A stretch of DNA of 64,000 bases from Candidatus Latescibacterota bacterium (GCA_965243025.1 CBDETY010000003.1:928001-992000); one strand, 5' to 3'; shown: positions 10,872 through 21,059, counted from the first letter of the stretch. Notes: generated by a model not told the origin, from the sequence alone. Program-made: numbers and translations.

Positions 10872-11500
10872 TTACTTGAGGTAGAGTAGCCGGCGGGTCT
10901 GCACGCCGGTCGGAGATTTCAGGCGCGTCAGATAGACTCCGGCGGCCACCGTGGCGCCCTGCTGATCGCGGGCGTCCCAGACGACCCGATAGGCGCCGAC
11001 GGGCTGGACCTGATCCACCAAGGTGCGCACCGACTGTCCCAGGGCATTGCAGATTTCCAGCCGAATCCGGCCGGATGCGGCCAGACGATAGGAGATGCGG
11101 GTGCGTCCGTTGAAGGGGTTGGGGTGATTCGGCTCCAAGCGGCTGACCGTCGGTGCGCCGCTCTCGGCTGCGGCGACCGCAGTAGGAACGGACGAGTCGG
11201 GGACGACATACCGCGTCGTGTCCCACAGCAGAACCGTGCCGTCCCCACTGCAACTGGCCAAAATCTGACATCCGGGGAGAACGACACCGAGGAGACCCAC
11301 TGCGTATGGCCTTGGAGGACGGCCTGTTCCTGCCCGGTTTCCACATCCCACAACCGGACCGTCTCGTCCCGACTGCCACTGGCCAAGGTCTGACCGTCCG
11401 GGGAAAACGACACCGAATTGACCCCATCCGAATGGCCTTCAAGGGTGGCCTTCACTTCGCCGGTTGACACATCCCACAGCAGAATCGTTTCGTCGTACTC
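10872..11500 (-). pseudogene. WD40 + FlgD-like Ig C-terminal remnant
   Basis: 2-3 WD40 blades, frameshift near 11270, then 'NHPNPFN...GVYLTRL...RRLLYLK'; truncated at the CRISPR repeat. Confidence 0.8.
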
Positions 11501-11508
11501 AATCCTAT

Positions 11509-11540
11509 GTTTCAATCCACGCCCCCGCGCGGGGGGCGAC
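11509..11540 (-). CRISPR. Solitary type I-C-like CRISPR repeat (no array, no cas genes in window)
   Basis: Minus strand GTCGCCCCCCGCGCGGGGGCGTGGATTGAAAC: 32 nt, GCCCCC/GGGGGC hairpin and ATTGAAAC end typical of I-C repeats. Confidence 0.75.
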
Positions 11541-12080
11541 TTCCTGGGCCGCTGGTCCAAAGCCGGCAGGGGACTCGTCCCGGAAGGGCCGGGAAGGAAC
11601 GACCGGAAAGGCCTGTCCCTGATCGAGCTGTTCGCCAAGTTTCCCGACGACACCGCAGCGGAACGCTGGTTCGAAGAAACCCGGTGGAGCAAGCACATCC
11701 ACTGCCCCCACTGCGGCTGTTACGGCATGATAACCGAATGTCCCGACCGAAAATCCATGCCCTACTGGTGCGGAGACTGCCGAAAGCGGTTCAGCGTGCG
11801 CACCGGAACGGTGCTGTCCCCTCCAAGGTCCCCCTGCAGAAATGGGTCATCGCCATCTATCTGCACCTGTCCAGCCTCAAGGGCGTGTCCAGCCTGAAGC
11901 TGCACCGGGACCTCCAGGTAACGCATGCAACGGCCTGGTTCATGGGCCACCGGATACGCGAAGCCTGGTCGGACCAGGAGAAGCTCTCAAGCAGGAGAGG
12001 CGAGATCGACCAAGCCTATTTTGGCGGAAAGGAGGCCAACAAGCACGCCGACAAGAGACTGCGGGAACGGTGGAGGAGGG
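11541..12080 (+). pseudogene. IS1595-family transposase fragment (frameshifted and 3'-truncated paralogue of 25039-26031)
   Basis: Zn ribbon CPHCG..CGDC and EIDQAYFGGK; 1-nt deletion near 11820; ends after RLRERWR. Confidence 0.85.
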
Positions 12081-12081
12081 A

Positions 12082-12170
12082 ACAACGACCTAGAGTTCGT
12101 AACCTGTTGTTAATTAGTTATTTGAGAAATCCCCCAGAAAGGGATTGTTTCAACAGTTATCACTCGCGGA
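12082..12170. repeat. About 90-bp AT-rich direct repeat, copy 1
   Basis: acaacga..tag.gttcgtaac.tg.tgttaattagtta.ttgagaa.tccccc.gaaagggatt.tttca.c.gttatcactcgcgga recurs at 13010-13098. Confidence 0.85.
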
Positions 12171-12555
12171 GATTAAATGTGGCAGGGTCCCAAGGGGTAG
12201 GCGTACTGTTGTTGCACTACCTATCGCTTGGTTCCAGAAGGTGTTGAAGGGGGGGCAAGAAACCAATTTTCGCACCGTCCCATTTCCGCTCCGAGTCCCA
12301 CCATCCGAAATAAAGCTGAGCTACCGACTGAAAAACCCCCTTGAGCGTGGAATGGTCCAGCGGCGAGGGTTCTGCTACTCGGCGACACCGAGCTGCGGAA
12401 CGATGCGATGAGGGCAGGGATGAAAGGCCGGCTCAAACACACCCTCTTGACGACCCTTATCACATGAGGAGCCTTACTTTCTTACCTGCCACGAAGGCGG
12501 GTTAGGTTGCACCGCGTTTCGTTTCCCTAAGTTCCAGGGCTTTCTCGCGGTTCCA

Positions 12556-12705
12556 TCAGCGAGGTTTGGATCGGAAGTGCTGGATCAGTGAGGAGAGGAG
12601 ATAGGCCAAGCCAAATAACAGCAACACCAAGATGGTGCCCACGAACTTGGCAACCCAGGAGAGAGCCAATATCAGCACAACCAGGACAATGAATACCCAT
12701 TCCAT
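12556..12705 (-). CDS. Small two-TM membrane protein (49 aa)
   Basis: MEWVFIVLVVLILALSWVAKFVGTILVLLLFGLAYLLSSLIQHFRSKPR; strongly hydrophobic with basic tail. Confidence 0.45.
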   Translation of the reverse strand: MEWVFIVLVVLILALSWVAKFVGTILVLLLFGLAYLLSSLIQHFRSKPR

Positions 12706-13009
12706 TTTATTCTGCCCCAGAACGCAAAACCGGGCCCCAGGAAGCATTCCATCGGGGCCGGGCCGCCTTCGCTCCGCCGGATCCGGGTCGCTACCGTTCC
12801 CCGCCTTCTCCGCTACTATTCAGCCCTCTCAGCCCTCCGACTCCCCTGCCTCCTTCGGGCTTGGCTCCGGTTCCCCTCGCCGTCGCCTACCGCTGTCCGG
12901 CCGCTTGTTCTTGGCCGTCTCGCCCGTGCGACCGCTACGGGCGAATGGAGACCCGGAGACCAACTCTCCAACAGACTGCGGAGATGCAGGGGCCTCCCAA
13001 GTTGGGCTG

Positions 13010-13098
13010 ACAACGATTTAGGGTTCGTAACTTGCTGTTAATTAGTTACTTGAGAAGTCCCCCCGAAAGGGATTATTTCAGCGGTTATCACTCGCGGA
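13010..13098. repeat. About 90-bp AT-rich direct repeat, copy 2
   Basis: Highly similar to 12082-12170. Confidence 0.85.
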
Positions 13099-13149
13099 AA
13101 GGTTTTCTGGGGGTGGTTTCGGGCGGGCTCCAGGGGTTTCTCTGCGTCT

Positions 13150-13430
13150 CTGTTGGGCGTGCTCCCCAGCACGGTGGCTTCCACTGCGGTGCGGTCAGGC
13201 CTAAGTGGCGGGGTGATGTAACGGGCCATGTCCCACGGCAGATTCGTGCCGTCAGAACTGCCACTGGCAAGGGTCTTCCCATCCGGTGAAAACGACACTG
13301 AATTGATCCAATTCTTACAGCCTTGGAGGGTGGCCATTTCTCGGCCTGTTGCCACCTCCCACAGCAGAACCGTGCCGTCCCAACTGCCACTGGCCAGGGT
13401 CAGGTCGACCATCCGGAGAAAAGGAAATGG
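13150..13430 (-). pseudogene. WD40 remnant (last blades + linker; Ig tail lost)
   Basis: LASGSWDGTVLLWEV...SVSFSPDGKTLASGSSDG...ITPPLRPDRTAVEA. Confidence 0.7.
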
Positions 13431-13686
13431 CCCTGTCGCTTCGGCCCATCCATCCCTTCCCAAGACGGGCGATTCGCCCCCTCAGGAGGATACCGGGTGG
13501 GGTACTCCCCGTCCAGAACGGGAGGTAGCTCCGAAGCGAGAAGAAACTCCTGGGGTGAGAGAGACCAGCGAGAGCGAAAAGTGCGGAACCCAGAACGGGG
13601 CATTTCATTGAACCGAAGATCCTAAGTTCCGGATGTGTGCATGTTTTGGGCTGTGGCTCGGAAACAGTGTCAGATGGGTGTCCCGC

Positions 13687-16600
13687 CTACCGCATCAGGG
13701 TAAGCTTGCGCGTCTGGACTTTCTGGGAGGTGATCAGGCGGTACAGGTAGACGCCGCTGGCAAGGGGGCGGCCCCGGTCGTCGTGGCCGTCCCAGTGAAC
13801 GCGGTGGACCCCGGCCTTTTTCGGTCCTTGGTGCAGCACCGCCACCCGCTGCCCGGTCAGGGCGAAGACCTCCACACGCGCCGGTCCAGGCAGAAGCTGG
13901 AACCAGGAGATGACGGTCTGGCTGTTGAAGGGGTTGGGAGCGTTCTGCTGCAGCTGCGGTCCGTCGGGCAGTCCGATCCTCTCCCGGGCGAGGGCCAGCA
14001 GCTTTCCGCGGGCTTCCGGGTTGGCAAAGTGGTCGGCCAACAGGAAGAAGTCGGCGAAGTCGACGCTGCCGCTGCCGTCGAGGTCGAAGCGGGGGTCGCT
14101 GCCTCCGAAGGCGTCTGCGAACAGAAAGAAGTCCGAAAAACCGATCTCGCCGTCGCCGTCGAAGTCGGAGTTTGCCTTCGCGGTGGCGGTGAAGGTCACC
14201 GGGTCCAAGCCGGCCACGGTGGCCTCGACGATGTGCGTTCCCGGCTGGCTGCCCAGGGTCAGGATGGTGGAGGCGACGCCGTCCTCTTCGGTGGTGACGG
14301 TAGTCGCCGACACCGTCCCGCCGCCGGCGGTCACGGTGAAGGTAACCTCGACTCCTCCCAGGGGATGGTCGTTGGGGTCCAGAACCTGGACCTGGAACGG
14401 CTCTGACAGGGCGTTTCTGGCCGGGGCTTCCTGCTCATCGCCCAAGAGCTTCCTCAAGGTGCTCGCAACCACCTTTGCGGTGGCGGTGAAGAGGATCGGA
14501 TCCAGTCCGGCGACCGTTACTTCAACCGTGTAGGACCTTGCCTCACTGCCCAGGGTCAGGATGGCTGCGGCGCGGCCCTGCTCATCGGTGGTGACGGTAG
14601 TCGCCGACAGCGTCCCGTCGCCGGCTGTGACGGCGAACGTGACCGTGGCCCCGGCGAGAGGCTCTCCGTTCTGATCCTGCACGGAAACGAGGAAGGGGTC
14701 TGGCAGGGGAGCGCCGGGAGATCCTTGCTGCCCATCGCCGGATAGTCGGGCCAAGGTGGTCGCGGTCCGGGGATCGGGAACGACACGCTGCATGTCCCAC
14801 AGCAGGACTGTGCCGTCCCGTGACCCGGAAACGAGGATCGTTCCGTCGGGTGAGAATGCAATAGATCTGACAACATCCGCATGCCCGTTCAGAGTGGTAA
14901 GAATCCTTCCTGACGCAACGTCCCATAGTTTGACTGCATTCTTTTCCCTGGAAGCGCGGGTTCTGCCATCGGGTGAAAGTGACGACGGCATGATCCAGCT
15001 CGGAGGTTCTTCCAAAGTGGAGATATGGGTTCCCGTCGCAACATCCCAAAGTTTGAATATGCCGTCCGATGTCTCGGAGACGAGGTTGGTGCCATCCGCG
15101 GAAAACGTTACCGAGTAGACCAGGTCGGCCGGGTCCCCGAAAGTGGCGGTATTCTGTCCTGTCGGCACATCCCACAGCTTGACCATGCCATCCTCTGCCC
15201 CGGAGGCAAGAGTCCTGCCGTCCGGTGAAAATGCCAGAACGTTGATTTGGTTCGTATGCCCGGATAGCGTTGCCCGATCCCCTGTTTCAACATTCAGCAG
15301 GAAGATATTTGCCCCCGCCGCAGAGGCGAATATCGCTCCGTCGGGTGAAAACCTCACGAAATTGACTTCATCCTGATACTTCTCGGAGTAAACGCGGTGG
15401 TGTGTGTCAACATTCCATATAGTGGTGCCATCGGCACGCCCCACCCCAATTGCCTTTCCATCGGGCGAAAATGCCACAGATGTAACCCAGGACGTGTGCC
15501 CCGTAAGGATGGCTGAATTGTGTGTGGCGACATCCCACAGGTTGACTCTGGAGTTTGTTCCGGCGGCAACGGTTGATCCGTCGGGCGAAAATGCCACCGA
15601 ATTGACAGCACCCGCGTGCCCCTCAAGGGTGACACCGAGGATTCCCGTCGCCACGTCTCGCAGCTTCAGCGTGCCGTCATCAAATCCGGAAACGAGTGTT
15701 GTCCCATCAGGAGCATATACCACCGAATTGACAGCGATGGGCCAACCCAACCAATCATCTATATGCCTGAAGTTATTGATGCTTTGTCCCGTCGCGACAT
15801 CCCACAGCGTCAGCGTGCCATCCTGAGATCCGGAAGCGAGTGTGGTGCCATCGGGGGAAAACGCTATGGTAGCGATCCAACTATGCTGCTCCAGGGTGGC
15901 GATATCCTGATTCGTAGCGAGGTCCCACAGCTTGACCGTTTGGTCGCCTGATCCGGAGGCAAGCAGGGAGCCATCGGGTGAAAACGCCAGCGAACTAACC
16001 TCAGAAGCTGTACTGGGGTGGCCATCAAGAGCAGCTATGTTTCGACCGGTAGCCACCTCCCAGAGTCTGATCACCCCTTCTCCTGTGCGAAAGGTGGATG
16101 AGCCGGAGGCGATCGTTGACCCATCGGGAGAAAACGCCACCGAAAGAACCCAGCCTCCATGCTGGCCAAGAGTGGCCATTTCTTGACCCGTGGCGAGGTC
16201 CCACAGCTTGACCGTTTGATCACTTGATCCGGAGGCAAGCAGGGAGCCGTCGGGAGAAAAGGCCACCGTAGTGACCACGCCTTCATGTCCGGAGAGCAAC
16301 GCGAGTTCACGAGATGTCGATACCTCGTAAAGCCATACTCCAATGCCGCTTGCCACGGCAAGGAGGCGACTATCGGGTGAAAAGGCAATCGCCCTGTCGC
16401 CTTCTCCAATGACTCCTTTCCCGAAGCGGGTAATGGCGCCGTCGGGCAATGACACCGTCCGATGATCAAAATCCCCGGTCGATGGAGTTGGGGTTCCGAC
16501 TCCCACGGCATGGAAAGTCACAGGCTCGATCCCGGCAAGGGATACCTCAACGGTGTTGGTTCCCGGATCGGACCCCAAGGTGAGCGTCTGCTTCGCCAGC

Positions 16601-18771
16601 CCGTCGTCGTCTGTGGTTGCCTTTGCAACAGTGTATTTGCCTTTGAGTTTTCCATTACCGTCAGTGACCGAAAAATCAACAACCGCTCCTTCCAGGACAT
16701 TGCCGAATTGATCCCGCACTTCAACGACAAGGGGGTTGTCCAGCCCAGCGTTGGGCGGTCCCTTCTGATTGTCTCCTTCGATTTTCACCAACACCCTGGG
16801 ACGGGGCCTGAAAAACTCGGACACATCCCACAGCTTGACCGTGTTATCCCACGCCCCGGAGGCGAGCGTTGATCCATCCGGGGAAAAGGCCACGGAATGG
16901 ACCCCGCCCGTATGCCCGGCGAGGGTGGTGACAGTACTTCCCGTGGCCACGTCCCACAGCTCGATCGTGCCATCTCCGCGATCTCCAGACCCGGCGGCAA
17001 GAACTGACCCATCAGGTGAAAAAACCACCGAATTGAACCCCCATATACCGCCGCTGAAGGTCGCGATTCTTTGTCCGGTGGCCACGTCCCACAGTCTGAC
17101 CGTGTCATCAGAATAGGCCGCGGAGGCGAGGGTGGAACCGTCAGGCGAGAATGCTACCGACCGGATCCAGTTCCCATGCCCCTCGAGGGTGGCGATCTCA
17201 TCTCCCGTAACAACCTCCCACAGCTTGATCGTGCGGTCCTGTGACCCGGAAGCCAGAATGGTCCCGTCGGGGGAAAACGCCACCGACAGAACTACATCCG
17301 CATGTCTCTGGAGGGTGGCGATCTCATCTCCCGTAATCACCTCCCACAACTTGATCGTGCGGTCCCGTGACCCGGAAGCCAGAATGGTCCCGTCGGGGGA
17401 AAACGCCACTGAAGGGACTTCATCCGTATGTTCCTCGAGGGTGGCGATTACTCGACCCGTTTCAGGGTCCCACAACCTGACGGCGAAATCCTGTGACCCG
17501 GAAGCCAGGATGGTTCCGTCGGGGGAAAACGCCACCGACAAGGCGTCAATAAACCCGGAGAACGTAGTGGTATTCGTTCCGGTCTCTACGTCCCACAGTC
17601 TGATGTTGTCATAGGACCCGGAGGCGAGCGTTGTTCCGTCGGGTGAGAATGCCACGGACAGGACCCAATGCCCATGCCCTTCAAGGGTGGCAACATGGCC
17701 TTGTGCCGAAGCAGCCCGCAGCGTGAATTCCGCAGGGCTGACATTGCCGTCCGAATCAATTGCCCGAACGTGAACTGGATGCACGACAGGATCGGACAGA
17801 CTCGTGCTGCCGTCAGATGGAAAAATGCCGTTGTATTCGAATTCAACGGCAGCGTCTGTTTCGCCATTCAATCCACGACACGAAATAGCTTCGAGAAAAC
17901 CGGCCCCTGGATGGGGTCTTCTTGTCTCGACGAACAGAGCCACTTGATGGAGACCTTCCGGATCGCTGACCTGGAGTTGGACGGGAACGCTTGTTGAGCC
18001 CAACGGATATTCAAGGGGTGAAACAAGATTGATTGTTGAATTATTGGTCTCTTCCTCTCCGGTATCGGGATTGAAGTAGGGATGTCCCGCCAGAAATTCG
18101 GCGCTGCACCTGGATAACCGATTCCGTCCTTGACCATACGACATGATGTACCCATCGTCGCGGAAATCATGATCGAGACCGAAGGCATGTCCAAGTTCGT
18201 GCGCCGCAGTTTCAAAGCCGAACCCACCGGTAACCAGTACCTCCCCCCGCATCTTGCCCGCATTTTCGGCTACTCCGTCTGCACGTCCGTCAATCAAGTT
18301 CGTGCTGTTGTCAATGACAATGAAGTAGATGTTGCTTGCAGGGAGATCAAACACCTGGTGAATCTCTCCGATCACGGTTCCAAAGGTGTCGTCGAGGTAG
18401 TGGCTGTCGGAATGTTGCCCATCCACCCGGTGAACCCGTGGTTCGCCCTGGTCGTCGGTTTCGAAACGAAAGATTTTCTCGCCATGGCCGTGTGCCTGCA
18501 ACTGCTCGGCATAGAAGGTCTGAAGCTGGCGGATCGTCGTTTTCATGGAGTCGACCACGCCGGCCCGATACGGGCGGTCGTTGGGAAGGAAGTAGATCAT
18601 CCGCACGGTGCGGGGTTCGCCGACATCGAGATCGGCCAGGGGCTTGGCCGCCGGGCGGGGGCGTTCGCGCCGCCACTGCTCGTAATCCAAAGGAGGGGTT
18701 GAAGCCGGGAGGAACACCGGTGGTGACAGAAGGAGACCCACCAGAGCGGAACGTAAAAAGGGAACTTTCAT
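13687..18771 (-). CDS. Large secreted protein: metzincin-type Zn metallopeptidase domain, two WD40 propeller regions, Big_1 domains, dockerin-like + FlgD-like tail
   Basis: Signal peptide MKVPFLRSALVGLLL; HELGHAFGLDH + Met-turn YIMSY; many WD40 blades; same tail as 1-2416. Confidence 0.9.
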   Translation of the reverse strand: MKVPFLRSALVGLLLSPPVFLPASTPPLDYEQWRRERPRPAAKPLADLDVGEPRTVRMIYFLPNDRPYRAGVVDSMKTTIRQLQTFYAEQLQAHGHGEKIFRFETDDQGEPRVHRVDGQHSDSHYLDDTFGTVIGEIHQVFDLPASNIYFIVIDNSTNLIDGRADGVAENAGKMRGEVLVTGGFGFETAAHELGHAFGLDHDFRDDGYIMSYGQGRNRLSRCSAEFLAGHPYFNPDTGEEETNNSTINLVSPLEYPLGSTSVPVQLQVSDPEGLHQVALFVETRRPHPGAGFLEAISCRGLNGETDAAVEFEYNGIFPSDGSTSLSDPVVHPVHVRAIDSDGNVSPAEFTLRAASAQGHVATLEGHGHWVLSVAFSPDGTTLASGSYDNIRLWDVETGTNTTTFSGFIDALSVAFSPDGTILASGSQDFAVRLWDPETGRVIATLEEHTDEVPSVAFSPDGTILASGSRDRTIKLWEVITGDEIATLQRHADVVLSVAFSPDGTILASGSQDRTIKLWEVVTGDEIATLEGHGNWIRSVAFSPDGSTLASAAYSDDTVRLWDVATGQRIATFSGGIWGFNSVVFSPDGSVLAAGSGDRGDGTIELWDVATGSTVTTLAGHTGGVHSVAFSPDGSTLASGAWDNTVKLWDVSEFFRPRPRVLVKIEGDNQKGPPNAGLDNPLVVEVRDQFGNVLEGAVVDFSVTDGNGKLKGKYTVAKATTDDDGLAKQTLTLGSDPGTNTVEVSLAGIEPVTFHAVGVGTPTPSTGDFDHRTVSLPDGAITRFGKGVIGEGDRAIAFSPDSRLLAVASGIGVWLYEVSTSRELALLSGHEGVVTTVAFSPDGSLLASGSSDQTVKLWDLATGQEMATLGQHGGWVLSVAFSPDGSTIASGSSTFRTGEGVIRLWEVATGRNIAALDGHPSTASEVSSLAFSPDGSLLASGSGDQTVKLWDLATNQDIATLEQHSWIATIAFSPDGTTLASGSQDGTLTLWDVATGQSINNFRHIDDWLGWPIAVNSVVYAPDGTTLVSGFDDGTLKLRDVATGILGVTLEGHAGAVNSVAFSPDGSTVAAGTNSRVNLWDVATHNSAILTGHTSWVTSVAFSPDGKAIGVGRADGTTIWNVDTHHRVYSEKYQDEVNFVRFSPDGAIFASAAGANIFLLNVETGDRATLSGHTNQINVLAFSPDGRTLASGAEDGMVKLWDVPTGQNTATFGDPADLVYSVTFSADGTNLVSETSDGIFKLWDVATGTHISTLEEPPSWIMPSSLSPDGRTRASREKNAVKLWDVASGRILTTLNGHADVVRSIAFSPDGTILVSGSRDGTVLLWDMQRVVPDPRTATTLARLSGDGQQGSPGAPLPDPFLVSVQDQNGEPLAGATVTFAVTAGDGTLSATTVTTDEQGRAAAILTLGSEARSYTVEVTVAGLDPILFTATAKVVASTLRKLLGDEQEAPARNALSEPFQVQVLDPNDHPLGGVEVTFTVTAGGGTVSATTVTTEEDGVASTILTLGSQPGTHIVEATVAGLDPVTFTATAKANSDFDGDGEIGFSDFFLFADAFGGSDPRFDLDGSGSVDFADFFLLADHFANPEARGKLLALARERIGLPDGPQLQQNAPNPFNSQTVISWFQLLPGPARVEVFALTGQRVAVLHQGPKKAGVHRVHWDGHDDRGRPLASGVYLYRLITSQKVQTRKLTLMR

Positions 18772-19009
18772 GGAAAACAAGCTCCGGAAGTTAGGGTTGC
18801 ACGAGGCTGCCCAGAATCGGGTGGCGGTGTGGGCACCCCGGCGGCGGGCAGGCCCGACAAGACGAGCACTACGAAAAACAGTCCTCTCATTTGGGTACCC
18901 GTTCCCCATACGGGTCTTCAGGTCAGCGTTCCTCCTGAAGTTCCATCACCTGGAGCCTCTAAATTCAGCCATAGGAGCCAGCCCGATGGATAGGTCCACG
19001 CCGAAATTG

Positions 19010-19195
19010 TTATATACGCCGCGTTTCCCCTCGAAAACTAAGAAACGAAGACGATATGGTTGGGATAGTGATATCGGAGACATTGTATCCTTCAAGCTTG
19101 TTGGTTCCGGCATCCTGAAATCTCAGAATTACAAACCCCTGGGAAGGGGATACTGTAACCAGCGAAACGAATAAAAGCAGAATGGCAAGTTTCAT
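19010..19195 (-). CDS. Short secreted protein or truncated gene (61 aa)
   Basis: RBS AAGGAAGG and signal peptide MKLAILLLFVSLVTVSPSQG. Confidence 0.4.
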   Translation of the reverse strand: MKLAILLLFVSLVTVSPSQGFVILRFQDAGTNKLEGYNVSDITIPTISSSFLSFRGETRRI

Positions 19196-19297
19196 CTTCT
19201 TTCCTTCCTTATGAGCACGTTTCCATGAAGGAGCTGGGGTTGATGTAGAGGAACCAGTGGGCATCGGCGCTCCTCCGTCGGTACCCACCGAGTAAGC

Positions 19298-20431
19298 TGA
19301 ACTGTGTCGTAATAGTGTTAACACTTTTGGAAATTGGGTTCCCATAACAAGTGAAGGCCACCAGGGGTACCTTTCTGAGAATGTTCCGACCAAGAAACAT
19401 CTCTCAGGAAAGGTGGCCTGATGACCCTCGAGGACAAAGTACATGCAACGCGTCTCCTGGCGCTACGGCGAGCCGAAGAGCTCGGCAATGTCTCGGCAGC
19501 CTGCCGGGAATTGGGCATCTCCCGCTGCCTGTTCTACCGCTGGCGAAATCGGTACCGGCAGTACGGTCGAGAGGGGCTTCATCCCAAGCGCTACGCGGGG
19601 CGCCGAGGTCGTCCCCACGGCCTGTCGGTCCAAGTCGTACCCCACGTGTGGGCCCGGGTTCTACGCCCTGCAGTTGGCTCAGCAGCAGCGTCCCCTGTCT
19701 CCGAGCACCATCTACCGGGCCCTGCGTCGCGTCGGACTGGGTACGCGGCATGAGCGGCTCCTTCTCCTCGAGCGTCACAGCGCCGAGCGCAGCGGATTGC
19801 TCACCGAGCGCACGCGCCGCCAGCGGCAGCGAGCTCGTCGGCAAAGGCGACACGTGCAGGCCAGCGAGCCGGGAGAGCTCGTCTGTCTCGACACGTTTCT
19901 ACATCGGCCGCCTCAAGGGCGTCGGGAAGGTCTGGCAGATCACGGCGTGCGCGATGCGGCCTGTTCCTACGCCGTGGCCCGTATCATCCCCGCCTGCACC
20001 AGCGACCATGCCGTGCGCTTCCTCGTCGACTCCCTGCTGCCGTTCTACGAGGCCGCTGGATGGCCGCTCCAGCGGGTCCTCACGGACCGAGGCAGTGAAT
20101 TTCAAGGGCAATTTCGATGCGGCGTGTCACGATCTCGGGATCAGACATACGCGCACCAAGCCGCACCACCCCTGGACCAACGGCTTCGTCGAGCGCCTGC
20201 AGAGCACGATCCTTCACCAGCATTGGCGCGTCGCCTTCCGCCGCAGGTATTTCACCACCGCGCAGCAACTGGACGCGTCCCTGCAGCGGTTCCTTGACTT
20301 CTACAACAACGAGCGACCTCATCAGGGCTACCGAACTCGCGGCCACCCTCCATCGACCCTCTTCTGGGGAGTCGCTGAAAAACCCCCGACAACAGAGATC
20401 TGATGTGTCAACACCATTCCGAAACTGGACA
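19298..20431 (+). mobile_element. IS481-family element with multiply frameshifted transposase (19421-20403)
   Basis: N-term 'GNVSAACRELGISR..FYRW', rve core 'PGELVCLDTF', 'VLTDRGSEF', 'PWTNGFVERL', 'YNNERPHQG' in different frames; imperfect IRs tgaactgtgtcgtaatagtgttaacac / gtgtcaacaccattccgaaactggaca. Confidence 0.85.
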
Positions 20432-20440
20432 GCCTAAGCG

Positions 20441-20551
20441 TCATCCTGGTGCTTCGAATACCGGTTTCGAGGATAAAAGGAGGCCGGACAGCGCGAGCAG
20501 ACCGACAACAGGAAGTATGTATGCCGGAGGGAACAGAGTTCGAGCTTTCAT
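20441..20551 (-). pseudogene. Signal-peptide-only remnant of a paralogue of 21863-23698
   Basis: MKARTLFPPAYILPVVGLLALSGLLLSSKPV matches MKAGTLATSTSVLVVGLLVLAGVFSNARPT; same RBS context; stops next to IS481. Confidence 0.6.
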
Positions 20552-20554
20552 CAG

Positions 20555-20745
20555 GACGGTCTCCTTCTCCGAAAAGACAGCTCATAAAGTGACTAACGGA
20601 CGGTTGTCCGCTTTGTATCCCCGGGCTTTCAAGGCTGACGGCTTCCCCACCAAACCGTTCGGGGCTGCTTGAGGTAGCAACTGGCCACGAATTTCCCGTA
20701 GGTCTCGGCATCGGCAACCGTGCTTTCGGGAAGGGTCTTCATTGG
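20555..20745 (-). promoter_or_regulatory. Conserved 5' leader, candidate structured RNA, copy A
   Basis: Shares gccag..tgYtacctcaagYagc, cggtttggtgggg, gtcagcct, gataca.agcggacaacc, agtcact with 23700-23880. Confidence 0.55.
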
Positions 20746-21059
20746 GGGTTCCACCAGAGGATGAGAATGGTTTCATGTCGGTTCGGGCAACTCGAACCAT
20801 CTTGTTTTCGGCATCAGAGATGCGGTTCTGATTTCTCTGATCTGCCCCGTTTCGTACAGGTACGGAGCGGAACCAGGTCCGCTATCTGATTCAGTCCATC
20901 TCCAGTGTCCGTAGGCCATAACTACGCGACTGGGCAATTCTTCGAAAGGAACTCACGGAGATCTGATCGGTAAAGAGAATAAGTATAGCGGACACGGGCA
21001 CGAGGGGTTCTCCTCCCTCCGTAAGTGGTACCCGCCAACCATCCGGGAGCAACCCGTGC

